Source: Nemertoderma westbladi
Taxonomy: Eukaryota > Animalia > Xenacoelomorpha
DNA: 64,000 bases
Reading direction: 5' to 3'
Assembly: GCA_032718475.1 (NCBI GenBank)
Contig: JAUCBJ010008482.1
Location: 19,175 to 83,174, forward strand
Numbering within the stretch: the stretch's first letter is position 1; each line of letters begins with the position of its first letter. Position numbers and translations under genes: made by a program. The notes under the pieces were generated by a model that saw nothing but the letters and a program-made list of their open reading frames with translations, was not told the DNA's origin and ran no database searches. Shown here piece by piece: positions 10,866 to 23,745 of this stretch.

Positions 10866-12230
10866 GTTTAGCTATACAGTTGAATGCTTACTGCTATAGT
10901 TACAGTTAAAGCAAGTCTAGTAATTCAGTATGACCGTTGGCCTAGTACCGGTAATTAATTACAATATATTAAAATACCGGTATACACTTATAGTATATAT
11001 AAGTATTGTAAACTAGGTTTGTCACAGAGTACCGGTATATAATTTTAGCACAAATATATATAAATATATAATAGGCCTATCGTGAATACCGGTATACAGC
11101 CTACACTTATAGTATATAAGTATAATTCTGGACTAGAATTAATTACAGAATACCGGTATAATTTCAGCCTAGATTTATAGAAATAAAGATAATAGGCCTA
11201 TCTTGAATACCGGTATACCAATTATTTAAATAATTGAATTTCTGAATTTAAAGGTTACCTAGTTACTTTAACTTATTTTATTACCGTTATTTAAGCAGTA
11301 TTCCAACTGATATTGAGACCTAGTCGTTGTATGGCAGGCCTACTATTTATAAATCGTTTGAGTTGATTTATAATATTTATATACCCGTTTAAAATGGGTT
11401 TTGTCAATATTTGAAATAAATGTTATTATTTCTGGGGGAAGTCACTACACAGAAGCTGTGCGCTCTCAGTGAAGTGCTATTTATGGGACACTAAAACAGA
11501 TAATTCTAATTTACCTAAGTTACTTAATACTACAAATTACTTACGATACGGGTGAGATTAAATCTCTAATTAAACACAACAAAAATATTACGTACGAAAT
11601 TTTTAGGGTAATTTTACAGGAAGTCTACAAACCAGCCTAACAAAGGGTTAGAATTCTGGTTATTACAACGGACAGGGTACTACGGTATTTGAAAATAATA
11701 AGTAGTAGTAAATATATTGCACTGTCCAGATAGGAAAAATACCACCGTCTGACGACCTATAGCCGTATCGCTATAGGTACTACGTTATGTATCACGGAGT
11801 GTTCCTACCTAGAAGTTAATTACCGCGGACTACCAGATCCAACGTGCCTATTAACCACTTTACAACACAAATATACTGCCTACACTCTAATTACCTTCGG
11901 AAAGCACTGTACACCAAACCCTAAATTAGATACAAGTACTTATTAAAACAGATAACTAGCAGTTAAATATACTTGAACAGTTAAAAGAACCACGGCATCT
12001 GCTGGAGTGACCGGAGCACAAAGTCACCAGTCTTTACCTACGCCAAGCAGCCCGTGTAGTACCGGGGTTAATTTAACTATAACGGTATGTGTAACAAGCA
12101 CAATTACTGTAGGAATAAACTTGGGGACATGAATGTTGCGAATAATCGCATAAACTCTGAATAATAAATATTACGCTACCCGTACAGAATACTCAAACAA
12201 AATACAAACCAAATGCTGGCAGACTACCAC

Positions 12231-12678
12231 CAAGCCTAAATAAACTACAGTATGTGCAGATTCCAAAATGGTTAGTTAGTATGCATTCTAACACGGTAGT
12301 ACGACTTATTCTTTAAGAGGGGATTGACCTTACAGCTCTGGCTGCCCCAACTTACTAACTGGCACTTTATCAGACAAACTCTACACACGCAGCAATCTCT
12401 TCAGACCTAATAATAGCTAGACAACAATCCAGCCTACAAAATATCTGAGTAATAACTATTACGGTACCTGAACAGACCACACAAACAAACACAGGCCAAA
12501 ACGCTGGCAGAATACTGTCAAGCCTAAATAAACTACAGTATGTGCAGATTCCAAAATGGTTAGTTAGCATGCGTTCTAACACGGTAGTACGACTTATTCT
12601 TTAAGAGGGGATTGACCTTACAGCTCTGGCTGCCCCAACTTACTAACTGGCACTTTATCAGACAAACTCTACACACGC
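12231..12678. repeat. Near-identical ~160-bp direct repeat in putative BEL leader
   Basis: CAAGCCTAAATAAACTACAG...CTCTACACACGC at 12231-12390 and 12519-12678 (offset 288). Confidence 0.9.
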
Positions 12679-12910
12679 CGCAATTCCTCCAAACCCAACA
12701 ACAATCCGACAACAGTCCGGCCTACAGTTATCTGAGCAATCTGAGCAGACTTACACGTCTTCAGCTCAATATTAACTTACATGTAAATAAAACCGACAGA
12801 AATAAGTAAAATCTCAATAAAAAACCAGGGCTGCAGTCCCTGATTAAATACTAAGACCTACCGGTATATAATAATCAAAATCGAATAATACTAATGTACT
12901 TATACTGGAA

Positions 12911-13075
12911 GTACCGGTTAGGACAGTTGGGCCTACAGACCTACAGCAGTACCGGTTCAGGCAGTTAGGCTTACGGACCTACAGCAGTACTGGTTCAAGC
13001 AGTTGGGCCTACGGACCTACAGCAGTACCGATTCTGGCAGTTGGGCCTACAGACCTACAGCAGTACCAGTTCAGG
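12911..13075. repeat. 38-bp tandem repeat, ~4 copies
   Basis: Unit approx GTACCGGTTCAGGCAGTTGGGCCTACAGACCTACAGCA. Confidence 0.9.
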
Positions 13076-14521
13076 TTTACCGGTCGACCGGTACTTTCAA
13101 CTTTATTGCTTACTGCAATAAAGACTATAACTGTTATTGTACGCGCTTTTGAAGACCTTTAGCAGTTTAACCTGCCAAAATTTATATGTCTTTTGGTTTA
13201 TAAATAGACTTTAGAAATTGACAAATATTTAATACCAATAAACACAACATTAGCAGAAGCCAGCCTAGTGCGCGTCCATTCACCCACTGGATATACCCGG
13301 GAGACTGGATTCTGAGGGCTTAGATTGTTATTGCAGTGTAAGCTTACTGTATTATTCGATTGATCGTTAATAAATAATTTCTGACCAATATTATTCACTT
13401 TCGGGAAATATTAACAGTTCCTTTAGGACGTGGCGCTCTATCTAGGTAAACAAAGCTATGACTTATACTAAACACAACGGTAAGTCGGTAAGGCTTATGA
13501 TTCACGTATGAGGCGCATTCTTTAGGAAATGCTTAGTTATCAGTCACAATCATGCACACTACCGGTAACACACAATACTGCTCACTAATTTGCCGACCGT
13601 CAATGAATTTTATCATATATAAAGAGAACAGCAACAGACTCATGTAGTGCTTATCAAATAGCATTAAATTCACTACAAACCACAATAATATAAGTCGCAA
13701 TCGCTATATGTAACCTGTCTCTCTAACCTGTAGTGTATCAAGAAAATTTGGAAATTTGGGTTCTTTATAGATGTTCTCCAAATAATATTCAACCAACTGA
13801 TACAAAATAATAACAACAATAAAATAGCAGTATAATAATGTATGTTGAACCGATAATGTAAGACTGAACTGGACTGTTAAGACTGATAACAGTTATACGC
13901 TCTATAATCTAAGCCTACTAATGTTTCTTCTAAAGTCTGAAACGAATTGACTCTAGAGCCGGTGTTCCTGGCCTAGATCGAAACAACACAACAGTATCAC
14001 AAAAAACAGTAAGACTGAACACTCCCAGCACGATCTGCCAAATATCTCCACATCGACAGAAAAAATCGCTCTGATTGGCTGTTAAGCTAAACAAAGAACC
14101 ATGTGTCCAATGGCCGTTTCCATGTCAGCAACCAGCTGTTAGATGTCGTAATCTGAATCATCAAGGCTAAGCTGTGCCAGGGTATTTGACGCATTGCGGG
14201 TTTTTTGCCTTACCATGTCCGCCGAAGCACACATATAGAAGAATGACTTTTATGTCCGTTAAAACACCTATAACGGTACCTTGCGGGCGAGGGGGACTGA
14301 TTATATCCGCAAAAGCTTTTACAAATCTCATCGGATTAGATATTAGTACTGAAGGTAAAACACAATACATCCTTGTCTTGTATACGACGATCGGTTGGTG
14401 ATGTTAATAATAGAGTCTGATAATAATAATTATATCCATCCATAGAACAGGTACATTTGCTTCCTTTGGAGGATAGAAGATAGTCTCGTAAGTCGAGGTA
14501 CACTACCTGTTTGGTACTTAA

Positions 14522-15562
14522 AGTGAAAATGTCGTTTTGAGAAAATCGGACTTTATAAGAAAATTTAAAATTTTAAGTAAAAATTTTCAATTTTTTGATT
14601 TTCATTGTGATATATGCATATGCAGTTTTCTATGGGGAATCCAAATCTGTTAACCGCGTGTTAATAGCTAACTTGGTTTTTGAGATAATCCACTTTGAAG
14701 GAAGAGTAGTGAGAAGTTATGAAATTTATAAAATTATTTAAACACCAGTTCGCCGATATATGTCTGCGTGTTAGTAGGTCTGTCTGACGGTCGGTCTGTC
14801 TGACGGTCAGTCTGTCTGTTTGTCAGTCAAAAATGTAAAACATTCTATCTTCAACTTATTTTTATCCATTTGTACGAAACTCTATTTTGATGCACTATTC
14901 CGTTTAAATGTTTAGTTCCCAGTGGAAAGTGACGTGTACGTCGGTTTGTCAGTCTGTTTGTATGTCTGTTTGTTTGTCAACAATTTAAAACTTACCATTT
15001 TCAACTTCTATTTATTCATTTGTAGCATTACTAATCGAAGTCCCAAGCTAAATAAAAGGTTAGCTAGTTGTACACGTGCTGCTCGAAGTCCCAAACTAAA
15101 TAATCAGTTAACCTAGTTGTTCACGAGCTGCTCGAAGTCCCAAACTAGATAACCAGTTGGCTTAGTTGTTCACGTGCTGCTCAAAATCCCAAACTAGATT
15201 ACCAGCAACCTTAGTTGTTCACGTGCTGCTCGAAGTCCTAAACTAGATAACCAGTTAGCTTTGTAGTTCACGTGCTCGTGCTGCTCGAAGTCCCAAACTG
15301 TGTAACTTTTTTGCCTCACTTTATAGACATTTGTTTGCTATTTGACATGCAAATTATTCACCTCGCCCCAATAGCATCACAAAAATGTTACTCAATGTTA
15401 CTCTTAATGTATTAACTCAGTGTAGTTTCCAGCTGGTTGACTTAGTAATACATAATAATGCTAATAACTTTGGAAGTACTCATCCAATCGGGATGATTTT
15501 TAGCTCATTAGAGAGCTGAGATGTTGGCCAATCACATCTAACTCAAAAACCTCATTTTCACC
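14522..15562. mobile_element. Degenerate TIR element, Kolobok-like (TTAA target)
   Basis: Left TTAA|AGTGAAAATGTCGTTTTGAG vs right CTCAAAAACCTCATTTTCACC|TTAC (imperfect ~20-bp TIR). Internal (GTCT)n-type subrepeats resemble those in the element at 52018-52807. Confidence 0.5.
15035..15299. repeat. 49-bp tandem repeat, ~5.5 copies
   Basis: Unit approx CGAAGTCCCAAACTAGATAACCAGTTAGCTTAGTTGTTCACGTGCTGCT. GCTCGAAGTC recurs at 15081 and 15130. Confidence 0.9.
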
Positions 15563-15617
15563 TTACGGTACCTTTTCGCTTGCACACTGCCACATTTGGG
15601 TAGGTGCTAAAATGTAC

Positions 15618-15780
15618 AATGAGCAACAATGACCAACAACGAGCAACAATGAGCAACAACGAGCAACAATGAGCAACAACGAGCAATAATAAAGTACAAC
15701 AACGAGTAACAATGAGCAACAACGACCACCAATGAGCAACAACGACCAACAATGATCAATAACGAGCAACAATGAGCAAC
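15618..15780 (+). repeat. 10-bp tandem array (GAGCAACAAY)n, left arm
   Basis: Directly visible array. Confidence 0.95.
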
Positions 15781-16554
15781 CAAAATAGAAATAAATTTTG
15801 GTGGTAACCAAAACAATAAACGAAAGTTAAGACTTGTTACAAGATTATGGGTCCAGTCACCAAAAGCTGAGGTAATAAGGGTCCGGTCAATAATACACAA
15901 GTAAAATATAAATCAAATATAAAGCTTCAATACGGTATTCGGACACTCTATAGTATAGAGTGTCCGGTACGGTCAGTAGCCACTTCCCTGTAACTCCTGA
16001 GCAACTAATTGACTAACCTTAACCCAGTAACCTAAATAACAAATCAAATACAAAATAGTCTTGGCCTACCCCATCCCATAAGCTATACAGTAAGTAGTCT
16101 GTAATATAGAACGCTAGGCAGACTTCAGGACTGTCGGGCTGTCCAAATGTATAAAATACAAAATAATAAAACGAAAACCAGTTCACACTTCACTTCACAG
16201 TACCGTACATCAGACAGTCAGAACCAGATAATAGGTAGAGGGGCGGGAGGGCCCTGAAACCACATTGTACCGATAATAGAACTACATGACTTTACGGCAG
16301 TTCATTAATTATTAGGTATTGTTAGTACCGGTAAGTTTAAACGACACTATCCGAACAGAACAAGACTGATAGACTGAAATCAGGTATAAACTGATAAATA
16401 TTTGTAGGCCTACCGGTGCCGGTATAGCAGTATTGTGCACCATCTTGATGACATTGCGGGTATGGAAGCATTTTTTATTAAGTTCTTGGTTGGGAATTTA
16501 TTTATATCCTACATATATATTCGGGTATACTGGGATACATTACTGCATAAGTAT

Positions 16555-17490
16555 CATTGTTGCTCACTGTTGCTCGTTGTTGCTCATTGCTGCTCGTTGT
16601 TGCTCATTGTTGCTCATTGGTGCTCGTTGTTGTACTTTATTATTGCTCATTGTTCCTTGTTGGTGCTCATTGTTGTGCTTTATTATTGCTCGTTGTTGTT
16701 CATTGTTGCTCGTTGTTGCTCATTGTTGCTCGTTGTTGCTCATTGTTGTTCGTTGTTGCTCATTGTTGCTCGTTGTTGTACTTTATTAATGCTCGTTGTT
16801 GTTCATTGTTGCTCGTTGTTGCTCATTGTTTTTCGTTGTTGCTGATTTGTTGCTCGTTGTTGCTCATTGTTGTTCATTGTTACTCGTTGTTGTACTGTAT
16901 TATTGCTCAATATTGCTCGCATTGTTGCTCGTTGTTGCTCATTGTGGCTCGTTATTGCTCATTGTTGCTCGTTGTTGCTCGTTGTTGGTCATTGTTGCTC
17001 ATTGTTGCTCATTGTTGTGATTTATTATTGCTCGTTGTTGTTCATTGTTGCTCATTGTTGCTCATTGTTGCTCATTGTTTCTCGTTGTTACTCGTTGTTG
17101 TACTTTATTATTGCTCGTTGTTGCTCATTATTGCTCGTTGTTGCTCATTGTTGCTCATTGTGGCTCGTTGTTGGTCATTGTTGGTCATTGTTACTCGTTG
17201 TTGTACTTTATTATTGCTCGTTGTTGCTCATTATTGCTCGTTGTTGCTCATTGTTGTGCTTTATTATTGCCTGTTGTTGTTCATTGTTGCTCATTGTTTC
17301 TCGTTGTTGCTCATTGTTGCTCGTTGTTGCTCATTGTTGCTCGTTGTTGCTCATTGTTACTCATTGTTAATCGTTGTTGTACTTTATTATTGCTCGTTGT
17401 TGCTCATTAATGCTCGTTGTTGCTTATTGTTGCTCGTTGTTGCTCATTGTTTCTCATTGTTGCTCGTTGTTGCTCATTGTTGCTCGTTGT
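16555..17490 (-). repeat. 10-bp tandem array (TTGCTCRTTG)n, right arm, ~90 units
   Basis: Reverse complement of the 15618-15780 array. It explains the many spurious CCSLLL ORFs. Confidence 0.95.
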
Positions 17491-18063
17491 GCATTTTAGC
17501 ACCTACCCCACATTTGTCAAATTTTAGATCGCTATTGGGTGTAATACCTAACTATTAACTAAGTCTTTACAACTAGATTCTGATTTGATTTTGCTATGTT
17601 ACCATTTAAATTGGTGATCCGACGATAGACCATTTCTACTACCAATATGGAGTACTAAACATTTGTGTGTTGCAATCGATAACTTCCACCTTTTCGCCCA
17701 TTCCTATAGAGAGACCAGGGCAAGGTCCAAATTGGTGGAGTTAGTGCGTGCTGCATACAATTTTACATCATCTGCAAATAGTTTACAGATGATGTAAATA
17801 TATATCTAATCCTATATAACATATAATATTAATATATAATTTACTATAATCAAATAAAAATGTATATAACACAAAATAAAAAACCACCAAGGTACATTAA
17901 AAATATACAGATCTACTATATTTTGTAGTGTAAAACCCAAATCTTTATATTTAAATTACAGGTACATTAGATCAATCAGTTTATATGCATGCATTCAATC
18001 AGTTTATATGCATTCAATCAGATTTGTTATTGAAATCTATCAGTAATACACTGAAAATATTTT

Positions 18064-18099
18064 ACCGCTGAAGAGCCATTAGGGCGAAATGCATTCGGT
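18064..18099 (+). ncRNA. Minimal hammerhead ribozyme motif (Penelope-type)
   Basis: ACCG-CTGAAGA-GCC-attag-GGC-GAAA-TGCATT-CGGT: CUGANGA and GAAA cores, stem II, palindromic minimal stem III, closing stem I. Confidence 0.7.
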
Positions 18100-18389
18100 T
18101 TTTTATATATATTAATTAATAAATTATTTTACTGTATTAATTATTTTACTATATGCTAATAAATTATATTTTTTATTATGATATTAATAAAAACTGTTGC
18201 TGGCGAATAACTTTTTTTGATTTATATTAATTACACCGGGTGTCAGCTTCAATAAACAACTTTCCTCAATATCTTACCTATAATATTATACTATTAGTTT
18301 ATTTAATTAACTATATTATACATATAATATTAAAATTTACTATACATATAATATTAGTAAATAATTAACATATGATACAAATAATATAG

Positions 18390-18524
18390 TTAGGGAAAGG
18401 AACAGGTTACAGTGGCACGTTATTCTGACCAAAACAATAAACGAAACTCAATAGAACAGTGTACTGTCTTGTTTATTGTTTTGGTTGCTTCCAACCAACC
18501 TCTGTAACCTGCTTCTTTACTAAC
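18390..18524. repeat. Short imperfect foldback, MITE-like relic
   Basis: ACCAAAACAATAAAC / GTTTATTGTTTTGGT and CAGGTTACAG / CTGTAACCTG inverted pairs. Confidence 0.45.
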
Positions 18525-18674
18525 CTGCCTACAAGTAGGTTTTAGTGTAAGCGTGTGTGGTGTGTAAGTGTAGGCGTAGCGTTTACCCCTTATTTTTTGG
18601 GGTAATCAGCTGTTATTTGCTTTGATTTTCCCAGGAAGATGGATAAATTATGATTGCGTTAAAAGTACCCCCCA

Positions 18675-18707
<33 letters not shown>

Positions 18708-21700
18708 TATACAGATACGGTTTTTAAAACTTAACCCCTATTAATTAAAATATTGAGTTTGTCGTGGGGAACATGGCTCGAAGTCGAAACACATGGCCGT
18801 CTCTATTGAATCCATGGAACATATGCTTTTAATGTTATAGACACCAGACTTTAGGGTCATCTAAGAGCAGACAGAGAGAATACATAGAACGAATGCTAAG
18901 TGTGAACCCATTACTCAAAATACCGTTAACTCAAGCTTGCCAATATCCAATATCAAGACGTTTCCCTTTATTTAATTAATTTACTAGTACTCAATCTCAT
19001 GCAGGGGAGGGGGGTAATATCGACAAATTAATATCTACAAAAAGAAAAGTTTCTTACATGTTTAGATGTTTTAAAAATTGGTGATATTTTGCACATCTAA
19101 ACCAATTTTTTTTAACAATATTGAGACTTTGACTCACTTTGACTCACTGAGACACACTTTGAGAAAACTAATGACATTACATTAACGGTCAGTGTATGCA
19201 GTGGCTACCCCTCTGCAGTAATATAATACTGTTGGAAAAAGCTTTAATGCTCAAAAATTTCGCCTCTCTTTATGCCTGCAATTTCACCCCCTAGAAATTT
19301 GCTGCGGGGGGATTGCCCCCCCCCACCCCCCCCCCCCCCATCCCCCACCGCCCCGTATGCCTATGCATGTAATATTACAAGGTTTAATTAATCCTTAGTA
19401 CATAACATCCCAGAGTTTTTTGAAATTACATCTAAAAGAAACGGCTGTATATTTGCTTTGTGTTTATTTGTTAGCCAAAGTTTGGAGAAGTTTTCTGTCA
19501 GAGATTTTACAATTTATTATTTGGACAACTTTGTAGCGACTTTGACTACCAAACTGCATGTGTTCTAATCAATCTGAATAGTTACTGTACAAAGGGAATC
19601 AAATATTAATATTATATTCTCAATATTCACGTAACTTTTGAACCTGTCAGATTTAGTAGTAATTTATCTCGCATAGAGAGTTTCCTTATTCAATAGCCTT
19701 TACCAAAATCCCCTGACATTTCTCTGTTTGAAATTCTGTTGAAACTCTAATCAAAGGAAATGGGTGCTGCATGGACATGACACCACTATGTGCCTATAAT
19801 ATAAATAATAAAGCGCGGTTTTCGACATAAAATATTCCTTCCTTCCATTCAATTAACTACATTTTTTACAACTAACTGTTGTTGTCTAAAGGTTTTACAA
19901 TCTGCCACCCCTTGTAACTGGTTCCCATCTCACTGCTGCATGGATTCCTTACCATGACTCACCAATAGCAGGCTTCCATTGATTCACAGGAAACATCGCC
20001 GCAATTACTAATGGTAAAAACTCATGCTTTCTCCACTAAACTCCCTTATTTTGAATCGCATTTAAAAAAAGATTACAAATATAGGTCAGTTTTTTTGGTT
20101 GTTATCTATTTCGTAAAATATATTTAACTGATAAAACAATCGACACCCTGTTTGTTGATTAACTGTTTGTATCCTTTGGGGTATTTTCATGATCCTCTGA
20201 TTTGTTAATTTCTACTGTTTGTAAAACATTTAGGGTTTCTATAATACGGAAACGCATTAATTTTATCGAAGTACAGTTTTTCGAAGTATATAATTTTGCC
20301 TGCTGAATTGTATACATATATACGCAATGTACATTGTAGGCATACATGGTATATCTTCTTTCTAGAACATGATACACTTGTTTTGCTAATAGCTTGGTAC
20401 GCATGGTATATGGAAGGAACATCGTATACATAGTAACGTAGTTGAGTAGTAATTAATAAAATTATTTATTGATAAAATTTAAAATAATGGTATTCTTTTT
20501 TCTACCCTTTTACATATTATTTATGCATTACAAATAGGCCTAGTAATTATTTAATTAATAAAGAATTCATTATACTTATAATAAGACTAATAAAGAATAA
20601 ACATTTATCAGACTTATATCTACCATATTTACGTATTCATCCAGAGTAAAGTATCTTACTTTTTATCGATAAACTCCTAAATGGTTAGAATTATATTTAT
20701 CATCACTATTTTGGTCTTTTTGCTATTAGCAAATATACCTAGGCCTAGGCAAATATATCAGAGAGCTTCCTCTAAGCAGTAAAACTATTTTTCTGAGGAT
20801 AAGCCTTAAAAAGAGACAGGAAAAGGGACTCTTCGAAAGTAGTGTCGAAAGATTTCGATCATCTACAAATTGATCTAATGTGATCGATCATTTCATAAAG
20901 GAATTCCGTGCGCGTGACAGGGCTTGAAATATTTTGAACAAGCGTGGTCTTGGCACAAAGTCGCAAATAATAACTTGAAGAACTCTACAAAATTGCACAC
21001 TTTGTAGATGTTTTTTCAATGAAAGTGGAAAGTGCCAGAACGTTTCTGACCACAAAGACGCAGGCATTTGTTTAGGACTACTAATAGAGAATCCAAAACC
21101 AGAACAAAATAAATAATACTTCATATTGGCTCATATCATGATAAAATTCTTTGGAGAAGCATATAGGGAGGGAGGGAGGGGTGAGGGTGTTGCTTTTTGT
21201 TTATTAATAATAATTATAATATTAGTATTCAGAGTAGAACTCGATGCTGAATAACTTAATAATCCAAACAAAACCTACATGAACTCCATCCAACCTAAAA
21301 GCATTATATAATCCCTAGATACCATGTAACTCAGTATGAAACCCAGTAATTAATCCCAAACACTTAGAAGGTAGTATCGCTATTCTTTCCTTCTTATAGT
21401 TTATAATTTTTTGCTCTTGTTCATAATTTAGTGACGTCAGTTGATTTGATATTTATTGGTGTTAATTCAACCGAAAAATATTTTTCTCTTACTATTTTTC
21501 CAATGAAATGCCGTAGGAATTGCGGAGACGAGGATATATGGAATAGACGTCTCAAGGTTAACAATTCTAGTTAAGTTCAGTTCAATAATAATGCGAATCA
21601 GTGTTGGAGGTTGGGTTGATTTAGGCCTCAGTCAACCCAACTCAATATATCGGTGGCCTTGCCTAGCCCCTAATCAGTAGATGTTAACGTTAAGTCATCA

Positions 21701-22552
21701 CTACTCGCTCTCCGAATGTTTAATACAGACAGTAGGAATATCACAATACCGACATACATGCAGACAATTATCCTACCCTGCTATTTTTTTTGAACGTGCT
21801 GTTGCACAATTGGGTAGTTTAACAAAGAACAACAGAACATAACAATTGTAGTTTAGAACGAAATAATTAACGATCCTTTGTAAAATGTCGACATGTATTA
21901 TTTCCGAAATAAAACTTAATTACCGCTCATTTTGGCTCTAAATGTTTATAAAAATAATCACGTTAAACGAGATTGAATCATAATTACGTGAAACATCACA
22001 AGATAGAAAACTCCTTCACTCCCAGTTCTAAAAAAACCTAAGCATTATTCAGTAATTAATACCTAGCACCTTGTCAATAATAATGACTTGTCAATTCAAA
22101 TGTCACAATATCATTTGATACCCAATTACAAACGTCAAATTAGAATAGTGTGTAGGTTAAGGCCATAGTTAGGACAACCAACATGGGAAGAACACTGTCA
22201 CCGTTCATGGCCATGCTTGTTGGTTGTTAAAGGCTGCACCCCATACAGCAAACACAATGTTTGATAAATTAATCGCCATTCCGAAACCATTTAAATGCAA
22301 CCAAACTCCTTATCTGCTATTGTCCCTCTATAACCTTACAGTTACAACCAACTAATAATCCCCCGCAATAATGGCCATGATACTTGATAAAGAAATCGAA
22401 TATATACAGTAAATGTATTCCATTTAAATAAATGATATTCGATTATTCAGATGTCTTTTGAATCGCAAATAGCTAAGTAAATATAAATCTCACGAATTAA
22501 TTCTAATCATAAACCTTACAGGAATGTAGGAGGCAACTAGGTGACATATTAA

Positions 22553-22731
22553 CACCATTCTTATTCATAATTGTGGTTGACTATGTTCTACGCTTGTTGG
22601 TTGTTGGTTGGTCGCTGATCTAGACTTTGCTGATGACTTAGGAGTACTCTCAGAATCACTAGAGGGAGCCCAACGGCTCCTCAGCTCATTAGAACAGGGT
22701 GCTTCTAGTGTTGGTCCTTTTATTAACTCCA
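22553..22731 (+). mobile_element. RTE LINE reverse-transcriptase fragment
   Basis: Encodes DLDFADDLGVLSESLEGAQRLLSSLEQ. Matches the reverse complement of ~31362-31595 with an internal deletion, and stops at the Crypton left end. Confidence 0.85.
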
Positions 22732-23745
22732 GTTATTACCCACCCAGAAGTTATTTGCCCGCTTTTTAATAGTAAGAAGCGGGTTTTCAACTCGGTTATT
22801 TTCCCGGAACCCGCTTTTCGCATGTTCAAAACAGTTGCTATGGATAAACAAGTACATTCCATAATAATACAATACAGTTTACTGTATTGTATTCACAATA
22901 CAGTTAACATTGCGATTGTACTGTGTACTGTACTGTATGTGTATGTGTATTCAGTCTTCATTTTTATTCTAGAACTAATATTTGACATTTTGCCAGAAAT
23001 ATAGTAGCTAGTAATTTTGATTTTGTGTTAGCTAGTACTTTTTATTAGCTAGTGAAAAGAATTATAATTTAAAAATTCAACAGTCTTTTTTCTTGTAAAA
23101 AGGGCTTTTATTGTGAAGTTTCTGATTCTAGAACAAATATTTGACCTTCTGACAGTAAGATGGTAGCTAGTACTTTTGATTTTGTGTTAACTAGGACTCT
23201 TTATTAGCTAGTAAAAAAAATAACAAAAATAATATTTAATTCTCAACTATATATTTCTCTGGATGAAATTATGAGCTACTACTAATGAGCTTTCTACTGT
23301 AGCTACTAGTTTTTAAACAAAATATTGGCGGATGTCAAAATACTTTTTACTATTCAGAAATGTAAATTGACAATTGTACTAAAATAAAAAACTGTAAATT
23401 GGTCAACTAAAAATTGGTCAAAAAGTGTGTACGCATTGCATAGTAGTAATGCCCTACTGTGTTTTGGGCACACCCCCACCAAATTTTTTATACTAGCTAG
23501 TGTTTAGGCTAGAGTTCGGTGCCCGTGTCAGCATTTTCATTTTATTCCAAAATGTATCTAGTTTACTAGTTTTAATGTTTGTGTAAAGTTCTCTAGAACA
23601 TTTCGAAATATATATATTTTTTAATTATGTTCTAGAACATTTCGTAATATATATATATATATATTTTAATTATGTTCTAGAACAAATTTTTATTCGTTCT
23701 AGAATATTTTTTAAAAATTGTAAATTCTTAGATAAGGTTTACAAA

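Larger units (their letters stand above)
15599..17507. mobile_element. Foldback/Mutator-like non-autonomous element whose inverted arms are built of 10-bp tandem repeats
   Basis: Ends GGTAGGTGCTAAAATG(T)ACAA... / ...TTGT(G)CATTTTAGCACCTACC. Perfect 9-bp TSD CCACATTTG at 15590-15598 and 17508-17516. Left arm is (GAGCAACAAY)n and right arm is its reverse complement. Confidence 0.9.

Noticed and set aside
3180-10899. Numerous short overlapping or antisense ORFs within BEL gag-pol (also within LINE, Crypton, TRIM and DPY19)
   Set aside because: Shadow frames of real coding sequence with no recognisable motifs.
13100-14450. Candidate 5' LTR/PBS of the BEL element (for example TAACA-gc-TGGTTGCTG on minus near 14130-14150)
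   Set aside because: No matching second LTR was seen in the window and I could not assign the PBS to a tRNA.
15558-17558. Multiple Cys/Leu-rich ORFs (CCSLLLVVAH...) up to 333 aa
   Set aside because: These are translations of a stop-poor 10-bp satellite open in several frames, not proteins.
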